Made by a program: the position numbers and the translations under genes
The notes under the pieces: generated by a model
Database searches by the model: none
The model's input: only the letters and a program-made list of their open reading frames with translations
What the model was told of the DNA's origin: nothing
In this document: positions 1-10,209 of the stretch, one piece after another
How the letters are laid out: every line of letters starts with the position of its first letter
Numbering within the stretch: position 1 is the stretch's first letter
Origin: Actinomycetota bacterium
GTDB lineage: Bacteria > Actinomycetota > Thermoleophilia > BMS3ABIN01
Assembly: GCA_016235065.1 (NCBI GenBank)
Contig: JACRMB010000005.1
Span: 9,524 to 73,523, forward strand
Reading direction: 5' to 3'
DNA: 64,000 bases

Positions 1-432
1 GCGCTCGAAGCCTGCGGTCGCGATTTCGAATTCACTTTCGTGGATATGGGAAACCCTCACTGCATAATCGAGGTCGACGATCTCGACGGCGTCGAGATCG
101 GACTGCTCGGGCCGGCGATCGAGAATCATGAGTTATTCCCCAATCGCACCAACGTGGAGTTCATGAAGGTGCTCGGCCCCTCAGAAGTCGCCATGCGGGT
201 CTGGGAGCGCGGCGTGGGGGAGACCAACGCCTGCGGCACGGGAGCCTGCGCCGTGGCTGTGACTGCTTACAGGACCCGTGGGGCTGTGAGCCCGATCATG
301 GTCCATCTTCCCGGCGGCGATCTGCTGGTAGAGGTTGACCTGAAGCTGAACGTGATCATGACCGGCCCCGCTGAAGAGATCTACTCAGGAACCATGTCAG
401 AAGACTTAATAAACCGGATCAAGGAGTTGTAG
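1..432 (+). CDS. dapF: Diaminopimelate epimerase, C-terminal part (5' end lies outside the window)
   Basis: The frame is open from base 1 to TAG 430-432. The translation has MGNPHCI, NVEFM and the C-terminal catalytic-Cys motif GETNACGTGACA. Confidence 0.9.
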   Translation, partial: ALEACGRDFEFTFVDMGNPHCIIEVDDLDGVEIGLLGPAIENHELFPNRTNVEFMKVLGPSEVAMRVWERGVGETNACGTGACAVAVTAYRTRGAVSPIMVHLPGGDLLVEVDLKLNVIMTGPAEEIYSGTMSEDLINRIKEL

Positions 433-435
433 AAG

Positions 436-1593
436 ATGAGGTTTTCGCGGCGAATGGATGGATTGCCACCGTACCTGTTTGCCGAGATCGAGCGCAAGAT
501 CTCGGAGAAACGCAAGCAGGGCGTGGATGTCATAAGCCTGGGCATCGGCGATCCCGATATGCCCACGCCGCCGCACATCGTTGAGGAGATGCAGCGCCAG
601 GTCGCCGATCCGGCAAACCATCAGTATCCCAACAACAAGGGTCTGGAAGAATTCCGCCAGGGCGTGGCTACCTTCTATAAGAACCGTTTCGGCGTCGACC
701 TCGATCCCGAGACTGAGGTATTCCCGCTTCTTGGCGCCAAGGAGGGCATCGCCCACATCTGCTTGAGTTTTCTGGATGACGGCGACGTCTGCCTCGGAGC
801 CGATCCCGGCTATCCAGTCTATGCCAGTGGACCGATCCTGGCGGGTGGCAAGGCAGTCCCGATACCGCTCAAGCCAGAGCTGGGCTTCCAGCCCGATCTG
901 GATGCCATCGACGCAGAGACTCTGAAAAGGGCGAAGCTGCTCTTTGTAAATTATCCGAACAACCCCACCGGCGCGGTCATCGAGGACGATTTCTTCGAGC
1001 GGCTGACCGAGTTCGGCCGCAGGCACGATATCGCTATCATCCACGACAATGCCTATTCAGAGATAACTTTCGACGGATATACGGCCCCCAGTTTTCTGGA
1101 GACACCGGGATCGAAGGAAGTCGGCATCGAGTTCTACTCACTCTCCAAGACCTACAACATGACCGGCTGGCGCATCGGCGCTGCAGTCGGCAATGCCGAG
1201 GTAATCGAGGCGCTCTGGCGTCTGAAGACCAACATGGATTCCGGGATGTTCCAGGCGCTGCAGCGGACGGCCGTCACGGCGATGACCGGCGACCAGCAGT
1301 GTGTGAAGGACATGTGCGCCCTTTACCAGCGGCGCCGTGACCTTGTAGTGGGAACGCTCCGCGATATCGGTATCGACATAGTGACCCCCAAGGGGACTAT
1401 CTACATCTGGGTACCGGTGCCGGATGGCTACACCTCGGCGTCTTTCGCCGACATGGTCCTCGAGAAGTGCGCCGTGGTGGTCCCGCCAGGCTCCGGCTAC
1501 GGCGCCAGCGGTGAAGGCTTCGTCCGGATCTCATTGACCGCACCCGACGAGCGGATTGCCGAAGCGCTCGATCGGATAAAAGATAATTTGTGA
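436..1593 (+). CDS. dapL: LL-diaminopimelate aminotransferase-like class I aminotransferase
   Basis: 385 aa with [27 protein letters not shown] and [12 protein letters not shown] (PLP-Lys region). It directly follows dapF. Confidence 0.75.
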   Translation: MRFSRRMDGLPPYLFAEIERKISEKRKQGVDVISLGIGDPDMPTPPHIVEEMQRQVADPANHQYPNNKGLEEFRQGVATFYKNRFGVDLDPETEVFPLLGAKEGIAHICLSFLDDGDVCLGADPGYPVYASGPILAGGKAVPIPLKPELGFQPDLDAIDAETLKRAKLLFVNYPNNPTGAVIEDDFFERLTEFGRRHDIAIIHDNAYSEITFDGYTAPSFLETPGSKEVGIEFYSLSKTYNMTGWRIGAAVGNAEVIEALWRLKTNMDSGMFQALQRTAVTAMTGDQQCVKDMCALYQRRRDLVVGTLRDIGIDIVTPKGTIYIWVPVPDGYTSASFADMVLEKCAVVVPPGSGYGASGEGFVRISLTAPDERIAEALDRIKDNL

Positions 1594-2834
1594 GTGAGCG
1601 CGCCTATCTGATAGCCGTCGTTTCCGGACCCGTCCGCGAAGGGGAGGGGAATGAGCCGCTGGCGGAACTCCGTGAGCTGATCTCGACAGCGGGCGCCGAA
1701 TACGTTGGCGAGATGATCCAGCGCCGTGACCACCCTGTAGCGCATACCTATTTCGGCAAGGGCAAGATAACGGAGCTGAAACAGGATATAGAGCGCCTGA
1801 AACCGGACCTCATCGTCGTCGAAGACGAGCTTACCCCGACACAGCAAAGAAACCTCGAAGATAAACTCGGCGTCCGGGTGATCGATCGCGCCGCCCTCAT
1901 CCTCGACATCTTCGCTCAACACGCTCATACAGCGGAGGGCAAGCTCCAGGTGGAGCTCGCCCAGCTTGAGTTCAACCTTACCCGAATGCGAGGCAAAGGC
2001 ATCGAGCTTTCCCGGCTGGGCGGCGGCATCGGTACCAGGGGCCCGGGAGAGACCAAGCTCGAGGTAGACCAGAGGGTTGCGCGCAATCGCATCAGCAGTC
2101 TCAAGCGCCGGCTAAGGGATGTCTCAAACTCCCGGGAGGTCATGCGCCGTTCGAGGCTCGCATCGCGCCTGCCGCTAGTCGCACTGGCCGGATACACCAA
2201 TACAGGAAAATCCACGCTGCTCAACGCGCTTACATCCGGCGGTGTATCGGTTAATGACCGCCTGTTCGAGACGCTGGATCCAACAACCCGCAGCTTCACA
2301 TTCCAGGGGCAGGGCTTTCTTCTTACTGATACGGTCGGTTTCATCCGCAAACTGCCTCATCAGCTGGTCGAGGCTTTTCATTCAACTCTGGAAGAAACAC
2401 TGGTAGCGCACCTGATACTTCATGTAGCGGATGCTTCAGCCCCTGAAGAAGATCTCGACGGTATGATCCGCGCCGTAGAAACCGTGCTCGAGGGCATAAA
2501 TGCCGCATCCATACCTCGCATACTGGTCCTGAACAAGTCTGACAGGCTCGATTCCAATCAGGAGAATTTCCTGCGGCGGACCTATCCCGATGCCGTCATG
2601 GTCTCAGCGCTGAAGCAGGAGGGCCTTGAGAGCCTCCTGCAGCGCGTCAAGGAATTCTTCGATTTGCGGCTGGTGAGCGTCGAGCTGTTCTTTCCCTACG
2701 GAGACGGCAGCGCGATCGGTGAGATCTACAGGTCAGGCTCGGATGTGGAGCTGGAGAATACCCCTGAGGGCGTGATCGTCCGTGCCCGGCTTCCCCGCGA
2801 GGAAGCGGAGCGGTTCAAGAAATACAGCCATTAG
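1590..2834 (+). CDS. hflX: GTPase HflX
   Basis: 414 aa. The GTG start overlaps the upstream stop (GTGA). An HflX N-domain is followed by a G-domain with [15 protein letters not shown] and NKSD. Confidence 0.92.
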   Translation: MSERAYLIAVVSGPVREGEGNEPLAELRELISTAGAEYVGEMIQRRDHPVAHTYFGKGKITELKQDIERLKPDLIVVEDELTPTQQRNLEDKLGVRVIDRAALILDIFAQHAHTAEGKLQVELAQLEFNLTRMRGKGIELSRLGGGIGTRGPGETKLEVDQRVARNRISSLKRRLRDVSNSREVMRRSRLASRLPLVALAGYTNTGKSTLLNALTSGGVSVNDRLFETLDPTTRSFTFQGQGFLLTDTVGFIRKLPHQLVEAFHSTLEETLVAHLILHVADASAPEEDLDGMIRAVETVLEGINAASIPRILVLNKSDRLDSNQENFLRRTYPDAVMVSALKQEGLESLLQRVKEFFDLRLVSVELFFPYGDGSAIGEIYRSGSDVELENTPEGVIVRARLPREEAERFKKYSH

Positions 2835-2897
2835 GCAGTTTTACCGGCTGGCAGAAAGCGCGTTCCTGAGAAGCATACTCTCTGATAGACTTCGCCT

Positions 2898-3329
2898 GTG
2901 AGGATCCCCATCAAGATACTCGACCCAGCTGCGACCGTGCCTGCGCACGCCTACGGCGACGGCGATGCCGGTGTCGATCTTACCAGCGTCGCTGAGATCA
3001 TTCTCGCCCCGGGTGAACGGACTCTCGTACCCACAGGCATCGCAGTGGCCATCCCCCACGGTTACGGCGGCTTTGTGCAGCCGCGCTCGGGCCTGGCCGC
3101 CCGGCATGGGATAACCCTGACCAACTCGCCAGGCCTGATCGACAGCAACTACCGCGGTGAGATCAATATCATCTTGCAGAATACCGGTGAGGAGACTTTC
3201 AACATAATGGTCGGCGACCGCATCGCCCAGCTGGTAATCATGCCGGTCGAGCACGCAGAATTCGAAGCCGTGGACGAACTGCCTGAATCCTCGCGTGGCG
3301 AAGGCGGCTTCGGCAGCTCTGGTGTCTAG
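2898..3329 (+). CDS. dut: dUTP diphosphatase
   Basis: 143 aa with a GTG start. dUTPase motifs [21 protein letters not shown] and GFGSSG are present. Confidence 0.93.
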   Translation: MRIPIKILDPAATVPAHAYGDGDAGVDLTSVAEIILAPGERTLVPTGIAVAIPHGYGGFVQPRSGLAARHGITLTNSPGLIDSNYRGEINIILQNTGEETFNIMVGDRIAQLVIMPVEHAEFEAVDELPESSRGEGGFGSSGV

Positions 3330-3446
3330 CCATCGTATTCCGCGCAAAGTCCAGGCTCCCACTTTCTCCATGATTAAAAATATCCATCGGTGGCAAGATA
3401 CGGCAAAGGTGTTTTAGCCGGAATCGAATCCAGGAGAGGAGCCACC

Positions 3447-3833
3447 ATGCAGGATCACAACACGCAGGGAGCATTCAGCTGGAACGAATTATTGACCAAG
3501 GATGTGGATGGCGCAAAGAAGTTCTATACAGAAGTGCTCGGGTGGACCACGGAAGACATGCCCATGGGTGAGATGGGGACATATACCATATTCAAGGTGG
3601 GTGATGAGCAGGTAGGCGGGATGATGCAGATGCCGCCGCAGGTCGAACAGATGGGCGCGCCGCCTTACTGGGGACCATATATTTCAGTCGACGATGTGGA
3701 CGCCACAGTAGCGAAGGTCGAATCACTGGGGGGCAAGGTACTGGCGCCACCCATGGATGCCGAGGGAGTGGGAAGATTTGCTACCGTGCAGGACCCCCAG
3801 GGTGCTGTCTTCGGCATCATAAAGGGCGTATAG
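3447..3833 (+). CDS. VOC (glyoxalase/bleomycin-resistance fold) family protein
   Basis: ATG 3447 is preceded by AGGAGAGGAG. The translation FSWNELLTKDVDGAKKFYTEVLGW...YISVDDVDA...GRFATVQDPQGAVF is typical of single-domain VOC proteins. Confidence 0.8.
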   Translation: MQDHNTQGAFSWNELLTKDVDGAKKFYTEVLGWTTEDMPMGEMGTYTIFKVGDEQVGGMMQMPPQVEQMGAPPYWGPYISVDDVDATVAKVESLGGKVLAPPMDAEGVGRFATVQDPQGAVFGIIKGV

Positions 3834-3913
3834 ACCTGCCCCATAAGATCTGTAGATCGAATAAAGGTGCGGCTCAGGCGACCACAGCCATGTGATATAC
3901 TCACGTTTGCATT

Positions 3914-3990
<77 letters not shown>

Positions 3991-4015
3991 TTACACCTGG
4001 ACACCGGAGGCACCT

Positions 4016-4546
4016 CTGGCAACCGCCGCCAATGCTTTAACCCTCATACGTCTCCTGGCGGTTCCCGCAATCGTCGTTCTGGTGCTCCGAGCTGATGGCG
4101 GCTCCAGCATGGCGGCAACGATAATCTTCGCCGCCGCAGCGCTGACTGATTTCCTCGATGGCCGTCTGGCCAGGGCTACTGGAACCGTCACCGAGTTCGG
4201 CCGGGTCTTCGATCCGTTTGTCGACAGGGTCTTCATCTGTGGCACAGTCCTGGCGCTTACCCTGGCAGGCCGCCTGCCCTGGCAGGGGGTCGCCCTGCTC
4301 GTAGGGCGGGATATTTTTATGATTCTTGGGTATAAGGTCCTGGGGACGCAGGAGATAAAGCTGCGGGTGACCTTTCTGGGAAAGACTTACACGGCTGTCT
4401 TGATGGCAGCGGTACTCATGTGCCTGGCGGATCTGGGTCCCTGGCTGATACTCTTCTGGATCGGGGTAGCCGGTTCTCTCGTAACCGGAGCAATGTATGC
4501 GGTCAAGGGACTGGCGAAATTGACCGAGGTCAGGTCGCAATCCTGA
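4016..4546 (+). CDS. pgsA: CDP-diacylglycerol--glycerol-3-phosphate 3-phosphatidyltransferase (CDP-alcohol phosphatidyltransferase family)
   Basis: The motif DGRLAR-x8-G-x3-D-x3-D is present and the protein is multi-TM. The ORF-track 5' extension runs through the tRNA. No ATG/GTG/TTG lies upstream of the conserved N-terminus, and CTG 4016 sits 5 nt after GGAGG. Confidence 0.8.
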   Translation: MATAANALTLIRLLAVPAIVVLVLRADGGSSMAATIIFAAAALTDFLDGRLARATGTVTEFGRVFDPFVDRVFICGTVLALTLAGRLPWQGVALLVGRDIFMILGYKVLGTQEIKLRVTFLGKTYTAVLMAAVLMCLADLGPWLILFWIGVAGSLVTGAMYAVKGLAKLTEVRSQS

Positions 4547-4580
4547 TCGCGGCCATTGTCGCCATGGCAGCGCGTTCTAG

Positions 4581-4609
4581 TTGACAAAAGTTTTTTCGCG
4601 GTATAAATA
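4581..4609 (+). promoter_or_regulatory. Candidate sigma70-type promoter (TTGACA, then TATAAA/TAAATA 15-17 nt downstream)
   Basis: TTGACA lies at 4581-4586 and an AT-rich -10-like hexamer at 4602-4609. Both are in the intergenic gap upstream of the 4705 gene. Confidence 0.35.
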
Positions 4610-4704
4610 CCGTAACTGCACCTGCAAGCTCGGTTTCCCGATTAGCGGGTATCTGGTTTTTGCAGGCACCCATTATAGATTCCACTGGGAATGAAAGGGG
4701 TCAG

Positions 4705-7218
4705 ATGAAGGCAGTAGTGATGGCTGGGGGAGAGGGAACCAGGTTGAGGCCGCTAACCAGCAACCAGCCCAAACCGATGGTCCCCATCGTCAACAAGCCC
4801 TGCATGGAACATATCATCGAGCTTCTCAAGAAGAACGGGATAACGGATATCATCGTCACCCTGGCCTTCCTGCCCCAGAGCATACGCGGCTACTTCGGCA
4901 ACGGTTCTTCCCTGGGCGTCTCCATCGAGTATTCTGTGGAGGAGAGCCCTCTGGGTACAGCCGGTTCAGTGCGCAACGCCTTCGAGCACCTCGACGAGAC
5001 CTTTATTGTTATCAGTGGTGATGCGCTCACCGATTTCGACCTCAACGAGGTCATCGACTTCCACAAGAAGAAGGAGTCGATGATCACCCTGGCCCTGAAG
5101 AGCGTCGAGAATCCGCTCGAGTTCGGCGTAGTCATCGTCGACGAGGACAACCACATCAAGCAGTTCCTGGAAAAACCCAGCTGGGGACAGGTATTCAGTG
5201 ACTATGTGAATACTGGGATCTACGTGCTTGAGCCCGAGATCTTCGACTATATCCCGGCGGATACCAAGTATGATTTCAGCCAGGAGCTCTTCCCCAAGAT
5301 GCTCAAGCGCGGCAAGCCCATGTACGGTTTTCCCTGCGATGGATACTGGCAGGACATCGGGAACATCAACCAGTTTCTGAGGGCCAACCATGATGCCCTC
5401 GACGGCAAGGTCAGTGTCAACATCCCCGGCATCAAGCTGCGGGAGAACATCTACATCGGGGAGAAGCTGAACCTCGACAGCCTCGATAACATCCGCGGCC
5501 CGGCGCTGATCGGCAACTACGCCAAGATCGATACCGGCGCCAAGATCCAGCCTTACACGATCCTGGGCAACAACGTTGTGGTCAAGGATAACGCCGAGAC
5601 CGATCACTGCGTCGTCGACTCCAACACCTACATCGGCTCCGGCGCCAAGGTCAGCGGCGCCATCATCGGCAAAAACTGCGATATCAAGCCAAGCGCGACT
5701 GTCCACGCCAACGCCGCCCTTGGCGATGAGTGCAGCATAGGCGATCACAGCATGATCGCCAGCAACGTCAAGATCTACCCCTTCAAGGTGATCGAGGCGG
5801 GAGCCCACGTCTATTCCAGCATCATCTGGGAGTGGCGGGCACTGTCGACCCTGTTCGGCCGCGATGGCGTGACCGGGCTGGTCAACGTGGACATCACCTC
5901 TGACCTGGCCCTGAAGATAGCCATGGCTTACGGCACCACCCTGGACAAGGGGGCCCAGGTCAGCATCAGCCGCGACGAACATCCGGCGTCACGCATGATC
6001 AAGCGGGCCATCGGCGCCGGCCTCAACTCTACCGGGGTCAATATCCGCGACCTCAGGGTGACGCCGGCCTCCGTGAACCGTTTCGATCTGAAATGCGGCA
6101 ACGCCGTGGGTGGAATCCACGTGCGGGTCTCGGCCTGGCATCCGGAAGTCATGCAGATACTGTTCTTCGAACCGCCGGGCAGCCCGATCGGCGAATCAAC
6201 TGAGCGCGACATCGAAAAATATTACAACCGCCACGATTACCGCCGGGCATTCTATACTGAGATCGGCAGGATCATATATCCGATGCGGAGCACTGAAGAA
6301 TACATCCAGGGCCTGCTCGCCACCTGGGATGTGGAAAAGATCCGTTCGCGGCGGTTCCGTTTCGTTCTGGACCACAGTTTTTCCAGCGCTTCCCTGATCG
6401 CCAGCCGCATGCTCTCCAAGCTGGGCGCGGAGATAATCGGAATCAACGCATTCCTCGACGAAGACAAGACGGCTATCTCTTCAAGCCTCGAGGGCGACTC
6501 GAGCCGGTTGCAGAAGCTGGTGGTCTCCGCTGGCGCTGACCTCGGCATCACGATCGACAATGCTGCGGAGAAGATATTCCTGCTCGACGAGAATGGTGAC
6601 GAGATCTCTACGGAAAAAACCCTTTTCCTGCTTCTGAAGCTGATGGCCAACTCTGAGGGACAGGGCAGGGTAGCTTTGCCGCTCACAGTCTCCCGCCTTG
6701 CGGAGAGCCTTTTAGAAGGTACAGGTTGCGAGATCCTGAGGACTAAAGTCTCCCAGGCAGCCCTTACCGAGGCCGCGGCCCTGCCTGATGTCATATTCGC
6801 GGGAGCCGTTGGCGGCGATTATATCTTCCCTGGCTTCCTGCCAGCCCATGACGCCCTGATGAGCATGGGCAAGGTCCTGGAGCTTCTGGCGGTCTCGGAA
6901 AAGCCCCTGTCGGAGCTGGTGGCACAGATCCCCGACACCACACTTATTCGCGAGACCAAGAGCTGCCCCTGGTCGCTCAAGGGCGTCGCCATGCGGGAGA
7001 TATCCGAGAGCATCGGCGACGAAGAAGAAGTCAGCAGGCTCGATGGGATCAAGGTCTTCCATGAGAACGGCTGGGCCCAGGTACTGCCGTCCCCGGATGA
7101 GCCCCTGTTTGAGATATATGCCGAGGGGGATACAGCCGAGGATTCACAGGCCCTGCTGGAGCGCTACTCGGCCAGGCTGGACGAGATAATCGAGACCCAT
7201 GCCAGGCAGGAAGCCTGA
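4705..7218 (+). CDS. Sugar-1-phosphate nucleotidyltransferase (mannose-1-P guanylyltransferase-like) fused to a phosphomannomutase/phosphoglucomutase-like region
   Basis: ATG 4705 follows GAAAGGGG. The N-terminus has [11 protein letters not shown] and hexapeptide (LbH) repeats. The C-terminal ~450 aa has PGM/PMM architecture. The ORF-track start at 4660 is probably too far upstream. Confidence 0.8.
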   Translation: MKAVVMAGGEGTRLRPLTSNQPKPMVPIVNKPCMEHIIELLKKNGITDIIVTLAFLPQSIRGYFGNGSSLGVSIEYSVEESPLGTAGSVRNAFEHLDETFIVISGDALTDFDLNEVIDFHKKKESMITLALKSVENPLEFGVVIVDEDNHIKQFLEKPSWGQVFSDYVNTGIYVLEPEIFDYIPADTKYDFSQELFPKMLKRGKPMYGFPCDGYWQDIGNINQFLRANHDALDGKVSVNIPGIKLRENIYIGEKLNLDSLDNIRGPALIGNYAKIDTGAKIQPYTILGNNVVVKDNAETDHCVVDSNTYIGSGAKVSGAIIGKNCDIKPSATVHANAALGDECSIGDHSMIASNVKIYPFKVIEAGAHVYSSIIWEWRALSTLFGRDGVTGLVNVDITSDLALKIAMAYGTTLDKGAQVSISRDEHPASRMIKRAIGAGLNSTGVNIRDLRVTPASVNRFDLKCGNAVGGIHVRVSAWHPEVMQILFFEPPGSPIGESTERDIEKYYNRHDYRRAFYTEIGRIIYPMRSTEEYIQGLLATWDVEKIRSRRFRFVLDHSFSSASLIASRMLSKLGAEIIGINAFLDEDKTAISSSLEGDSSRLQKLVVSAGADLGITIDNAAEKIFLLDENGDEISTEKTLFLLLKLMANSEGQGRVALPLTVSRLAESLLEGTGCEILRTKVSQAALTEAAALPDVIFAGAVGGDYIFPGFLPAHDALMSMGKVLELLAVSEKPLSELVAQIPDTTLIRETKSCPWSLKGVAMREISESIGDEEEVSRLDGIKVFHENGWAQVLPSPDEPLFEIYAEGDTAEDSQALLERYSARLDEIIETHARQEA

Positions 7219-7294
7219 CCCCAGGTCTTGATCGAGCCTGCCTGCCATAAGCCAGCGCCTTAAGCAACCGGCTGAGCATCAGGCAGAAACCATC

Positions 7295-7906
7295 ATGCGA
7301 CTCGATATCCACGTACACACGTCACCGGGCAGTCGCTGTTCCCAGATGACTGTGAAAGCTTATTTTCATGACGCCACGGGCCTCGGTCTGGATACTCTAT
7401 GCATCACCAACCACGGCGAGACCGGCGATTACGAAGCCATGCTGGCCCTGGTGCCGGATGGGCTGCATGTCATCCCCGGCGTGGAGATCTCCTCACCCGA
7501 GGGAGATTTTCTCGTGTTTTCTACTGACATGCTCTTCCTGTCCTCGCTGGAACCGGTGCAATCCCTGCCAGATCGCGGCTCAAGGCCACCAGAGACAGCT
7601 GTCGTCTGGGCTCATCCTTTCGCGGGGAATCCCGGCGGCGCCGGCGTGGCTGGTGGATACATCAAGGAAATCACAGCCGGGGTGGATGGCATCGAGGTCT
7701 TTAACGGGAACTGGCCGGATGAGCAGGCCAGCGCACTGGCCCGGAGCATAGCCGCTGAATATGGCATCGCGGAACTCGGTGGCAGTGACACCCACAGGCT
7801 GGAGCAGATCATGCGCTGTTATACCGTGTTCGATGCAGAAATAAAAAACGCCGCTGAACTGGTAGCGGCGATCCTGGGGAAAAAGACGCATGCTGTAAAA
7901 GCATGA
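7295..7906 (+). CDS. PHP-domain metal-dependent phosphoesterase
   Basis: 203 aa with the N-terminal MRLDIHVHT signature, ITNHG, and later WAHP and GGSDTH metal-ligand motifs. Confidence 0.75.
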   Translation: MRLDIHVHTSPGSRCSQMTVKAYFHDATGLGLDTLCITNHGETGDYEAMLALVPDGLHVIPGVEISSPEGDFLVFSTDMLFLSSLEPVQSLPDRGSRPPETAVVWAHPFAGNPGGAGVAGGYIKEITAGVDGIEVFNGNWPDEQASALARSIAAEYGIAELGGSDTHRLEQIMRCYTVFDAEIKNAAELVAAILGKKTHAVKA

Positions 7907-7923
7907 TCCTCTGCAGTAATCCG

Positions 7924-8508
7924 CTAATCAGCCCCGGTTTTCGCGATAACCTGTTTGCTCACGTTCTTCAGCGCTTCAAACACGCCGACTCCAGTAAGCG
8001 CGCAGGATCCTACTGCTGGCGATTTGGTGTGGTTCAGAAGTTCATCTAGGTCGCCTTCAGAGAAGATATCGCTGAGATCCCGCTTGTTATACTGCATGAC
8101 CAGCCCCAGATCCATTGGATTATCGCCCTGGTCCTGCAGGTTGTCCCACATGTTCATATATGCCTCTATGTTATCGTCAAGGCGGTTTATCTCGGAATCG
8201 ACGACGAAAACGATGCCGTCGACTCCCTGGATCACAAGCTTGCGGCTGGCGTTGTACTGCCGCTGTCCTGGAACGGTATAGAGGTGAAACCGGGTCTGCA
8301 GCCCCCTGACCTTGCCCAGGTCGAGAGGCAGGAAGTCGAAATAGAGCGTCCGCTCCTCTTCGGTGGCTATGGATACAAGCTTACCCTTCACCTGGGGGTT
8401 AACCTTGCGGTAGATGTATTGCAGGCTGGTGGTCTTGCCTCCGAGGGCGCAACCATAATAAACGATCTTGTAGTTGATCTCTCCCGCAGCCAGGTTGATC
8501 AGCGCCAT
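7924..8508 (-). CDS. mglA: MglA-type Ras-like small GTPase
   Basis: 194 aa with INYKIVYYGCALGGKTTSLQYIY, ERTLYFDFLP, FHLYTVPGQ and YNKRDL. It is near-collinear with Myxococcus MglA. The start ATG overlaps the mglB stop (TAATG). Confidence 0.85.
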   Translation of the reverse strand: MALINLAAGEINYKIVYYGCALGGKTTSLQYIYRKVNPQVKGKLVSIATEEERTLYFDFLPLDLGKVRGLQTRFHLYTVPGQRQYNASRKLVIQGVDGIVFVVDSEINRLDDNIEAYMNMWDNLQDQGDNPMDLGLVMQYNKRDLSDIFSEGDLDELLNHTKSPAVGSCALTGVGVFEALKNVSKQVIAKTGAD

Positions 8509-8915
8509 TATTCCTCTCCTTCTGACAAAAAAGCCTCAGCCAGTGAATCGACGGCTCTCCTGGTTATCAGCCTCACCCTGCCGATATCACTCGACCGGCG
8601 AAAGCAGACGACCAGCAGAACTTCGGGCGATACCTGGGCAATATGGATATTGATCTTTGCTCCTTCATGCAGCATGACCGTATGGGCAGAATCTTCGACC
8701 ATGCTGGCAAGCAGGCGGGACGCCGCGAACGAACCCGCCGCCAGTGAGGCGATGGCGTCCGAATCAGCCAGCTTCGTGGATGATATCACGCTGATGGGTT
8801 GCCCTGCAGTGGATACGAGTCCCAGATACTCCGGTGATATGGCGTTCCTCAACTGCTGCAGAATGCGTGTCGCCGCCTCTATCTGGGAACTGAGAATTGT
8901 CTGGTTTTCGCCCAA
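8508..8915 (-). CDS. mglB: Roadblock/LC7-domain protein, MglB-like GTPase-activating partner
   Basis: 135 aa with a TTG start. The motifs SLAAGSFAAS, HEGAK, LLVVCF and IGRVRL match the MglB pattern. It lies immediately upstream of and is coupled to mglA. Confidence 0.78.
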   Translation of the reverse strand: MGENQTILSSQIEAATRILQQLRNAISPEYLGLVSTAGQPISVISSTKLADSDAIASLAAGSFAASRLLASMVEDSAHTVMLHEGAKINIHIAQVSPEVLLVVCFRRSSDIGRVRLITRRAVDSLAEAFLSEGEE

Positions 8916-9075
8916 TAGCCTCGAATTGCCCTTCGCTTTGCCCGGGAATGACCTTCAATATTGCTTATCGGCAGCTTGATAAACCGCCATCACCCCACCG
9001 TAGCGCTCTTACAGTGCCACCAGTTTCCTGCCATCAGGCCACCAGTTGCCCGTACCGCCATTTCTCAAGCTGAAG

Positions 9076-9104
9076 TTGAACCTTGGTTGTAACGGGAATA
9101 TAAT
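9076..9104 (+). promoter_or_regulatory. Candidate sigma70-type promoter TTGAAC-N17-TATAAT
   Basis: TTGAAC lies at 9076-9081 and TATAAT at 9099-9104, about 30 nt upstream of GTG 9134, which has a GGAGG SD. Confidence 0.5.
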
Positions 9105-9133
9105 GATTCAAACCTAGTCCGCGGAGGTCAAAA

Positions 9134-9406
9134 GTGGAAAATCTTCCTGAGCTTTCAAGCCTGTCTGACAAGGAGCTCAAGTCCCTGATAAGGGAGCTTG
9201 TCACCCAGGAGCAGGAGTTTAGTTATCAGCGCCGCATATTGCACGGCAAGATCGATATCCTGAGGGCAGAGCTGGTGCAGAGGCTGTCTGGAAAGCGTGA
9301 TTCTGGAGAGTCGCTCATTTCTGCCGATGATGTCAGCAAGCTGACAGACATCCTCGCCAAGGGAGACCGCTATTCCCTGGGTGGTAATCCGTCAGAGAAG
9401 AAGTAG
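9134..9406 (+). CDS. RsiG-like coiled-coil protein (candidate single-motif c-di-GMP-binding anti-sigma factor)
   Basis: 90 aa with a GTG start after GGAGG. It is predicted helical and has no TM segment. Residues 26-41, EQEFSYQRRILHGKID, match E-x3-S-x2-R-x3-(Q/H)-x3-D. Confidence 0.5.
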   Translation: MENLPELSSLSDKELKSLIRELVTQEQEFSYQRRILHGKIDILRAELVQRLSGKRDSGESLISADDVSKLTDILAKGDRYSLGGNPSEKK

Positions 9407-9469
9407 GCAGGTTTAGGCCGGCGGCCAGCCGGAAAAAAATGATCGTGTTCATCAAGGGGAGGAGTCAGA

Positions 9470-9742
9470 GTGCCAGAGCGTTTCGCCAGGCTTGTAGGAG
9501 CCATCCAGCATCTTTTTGAAGACATGGGAGTCGATGTCGTGGAGGAGCGGGTGCTGAATTTCATCCTCCAGGAGATCCATTGCGGCAAGACCCTGGAGGA
9601 GGCTCTCGACGAGCCCTATGTGGTAAACAACACCAAGCCGGCCTGGAGGCGCGAGATACTCGAGCGCCCGGAGATCATCAAGGCTGTTGAAGAAGAAGTT
9701 GACCGTACCTTTGAAGGACATAAGGGTGATTGTGGAAAGTGA
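9470..9742 (+). CDS. Hypothetical protein
   Basis: 90 aa with a GTG start after GGGGAGGAG. Its stop overlaps the next start (GTGA). No domain recognised. Confidence 0.55.
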   Translation: MPERFARLVGAIQHLFEDMGVDVVEERVLNFILQEIHCGKTLEEALDEPYVVNNTKPAWRREILERPEIIKAVEEEVDRTFEGHKGDCGK

Positions 9743-10209
9743 CCAGGGTATATTGCCACGAGTGCGGCTTCCAGAATACCGAGGAAGGCAAGTACTGCAG
9801 TAAGTGCGGTGCACTTCTCCCGGAGGAGGAAGCAGGCCCTGAGGCGACGATCCGCTTTTCTCCGGAGTCGGAAGAGCGCGAATCCGAATTTGACAGCCTC
9901 ACCGAGGTGGCAAAGGAAGGCGTATCGCTGGTAGTACGGAGCGGGGGAGGCCTCGCGGGGGAGACCTTCGAGCCCGCTGGCCAGAAGACGACCATCGGCC
10001 GTCACCCTGACAGCGACATCTTCCTGGACGACATCACCGTTTCCCGAAACCACGCCGTGCTGATGCAGAAACCCGATGGATTCTATATCCAGGATCAGGA
10101 CAGCCTCAACGGCACTTATGTGAACCGCGCGCGGGTAGAGACCCAGAAGCTCACAGACGGTGACCAGGTACAGATCGGGAAATACAAGCTAACCTACATC
10201 GAACGATGA
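9739..10209 (+). CDS. Zinc-ribbon plus FHA domain protein (GarA/OdhI-position homologue)
   Basis: The N-terminus has CHECG...CSKCG. The C-terminal FHA domain reads TIGRHPDSDIFLDDITVSRNHA...DSLNGTYVN. GTG 9739 overlaps the upstream TGA; the ORF-track TTG 9730 is also possible. Confidence 0.85.
   Translation: MTRVYCHECGFQNTEEGKYCSKCGALLPEEEAGPEATIRFSPESEERESEFDSLTEVAKEGVSLVVRSGGGLAGETFEPAGQKTTIGRHPDSDIFLDDITVSRNHAVLMQKPDGFYIQDQDSLNGTYVNRARVETQKLTDGDQVQIGKYKLTYIER

Noticed and set aside
4966-5982. 338-aa ORF on the minus strand
   Set aside because: It lies entirely antisense to the well-supported nucleotidyltransferase gene. The translation is low-complexity and Asp/Val/Gly/Ala-rich, as is typical of shadow ORFs in high-GC DNA. 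It has no motif and no SD.
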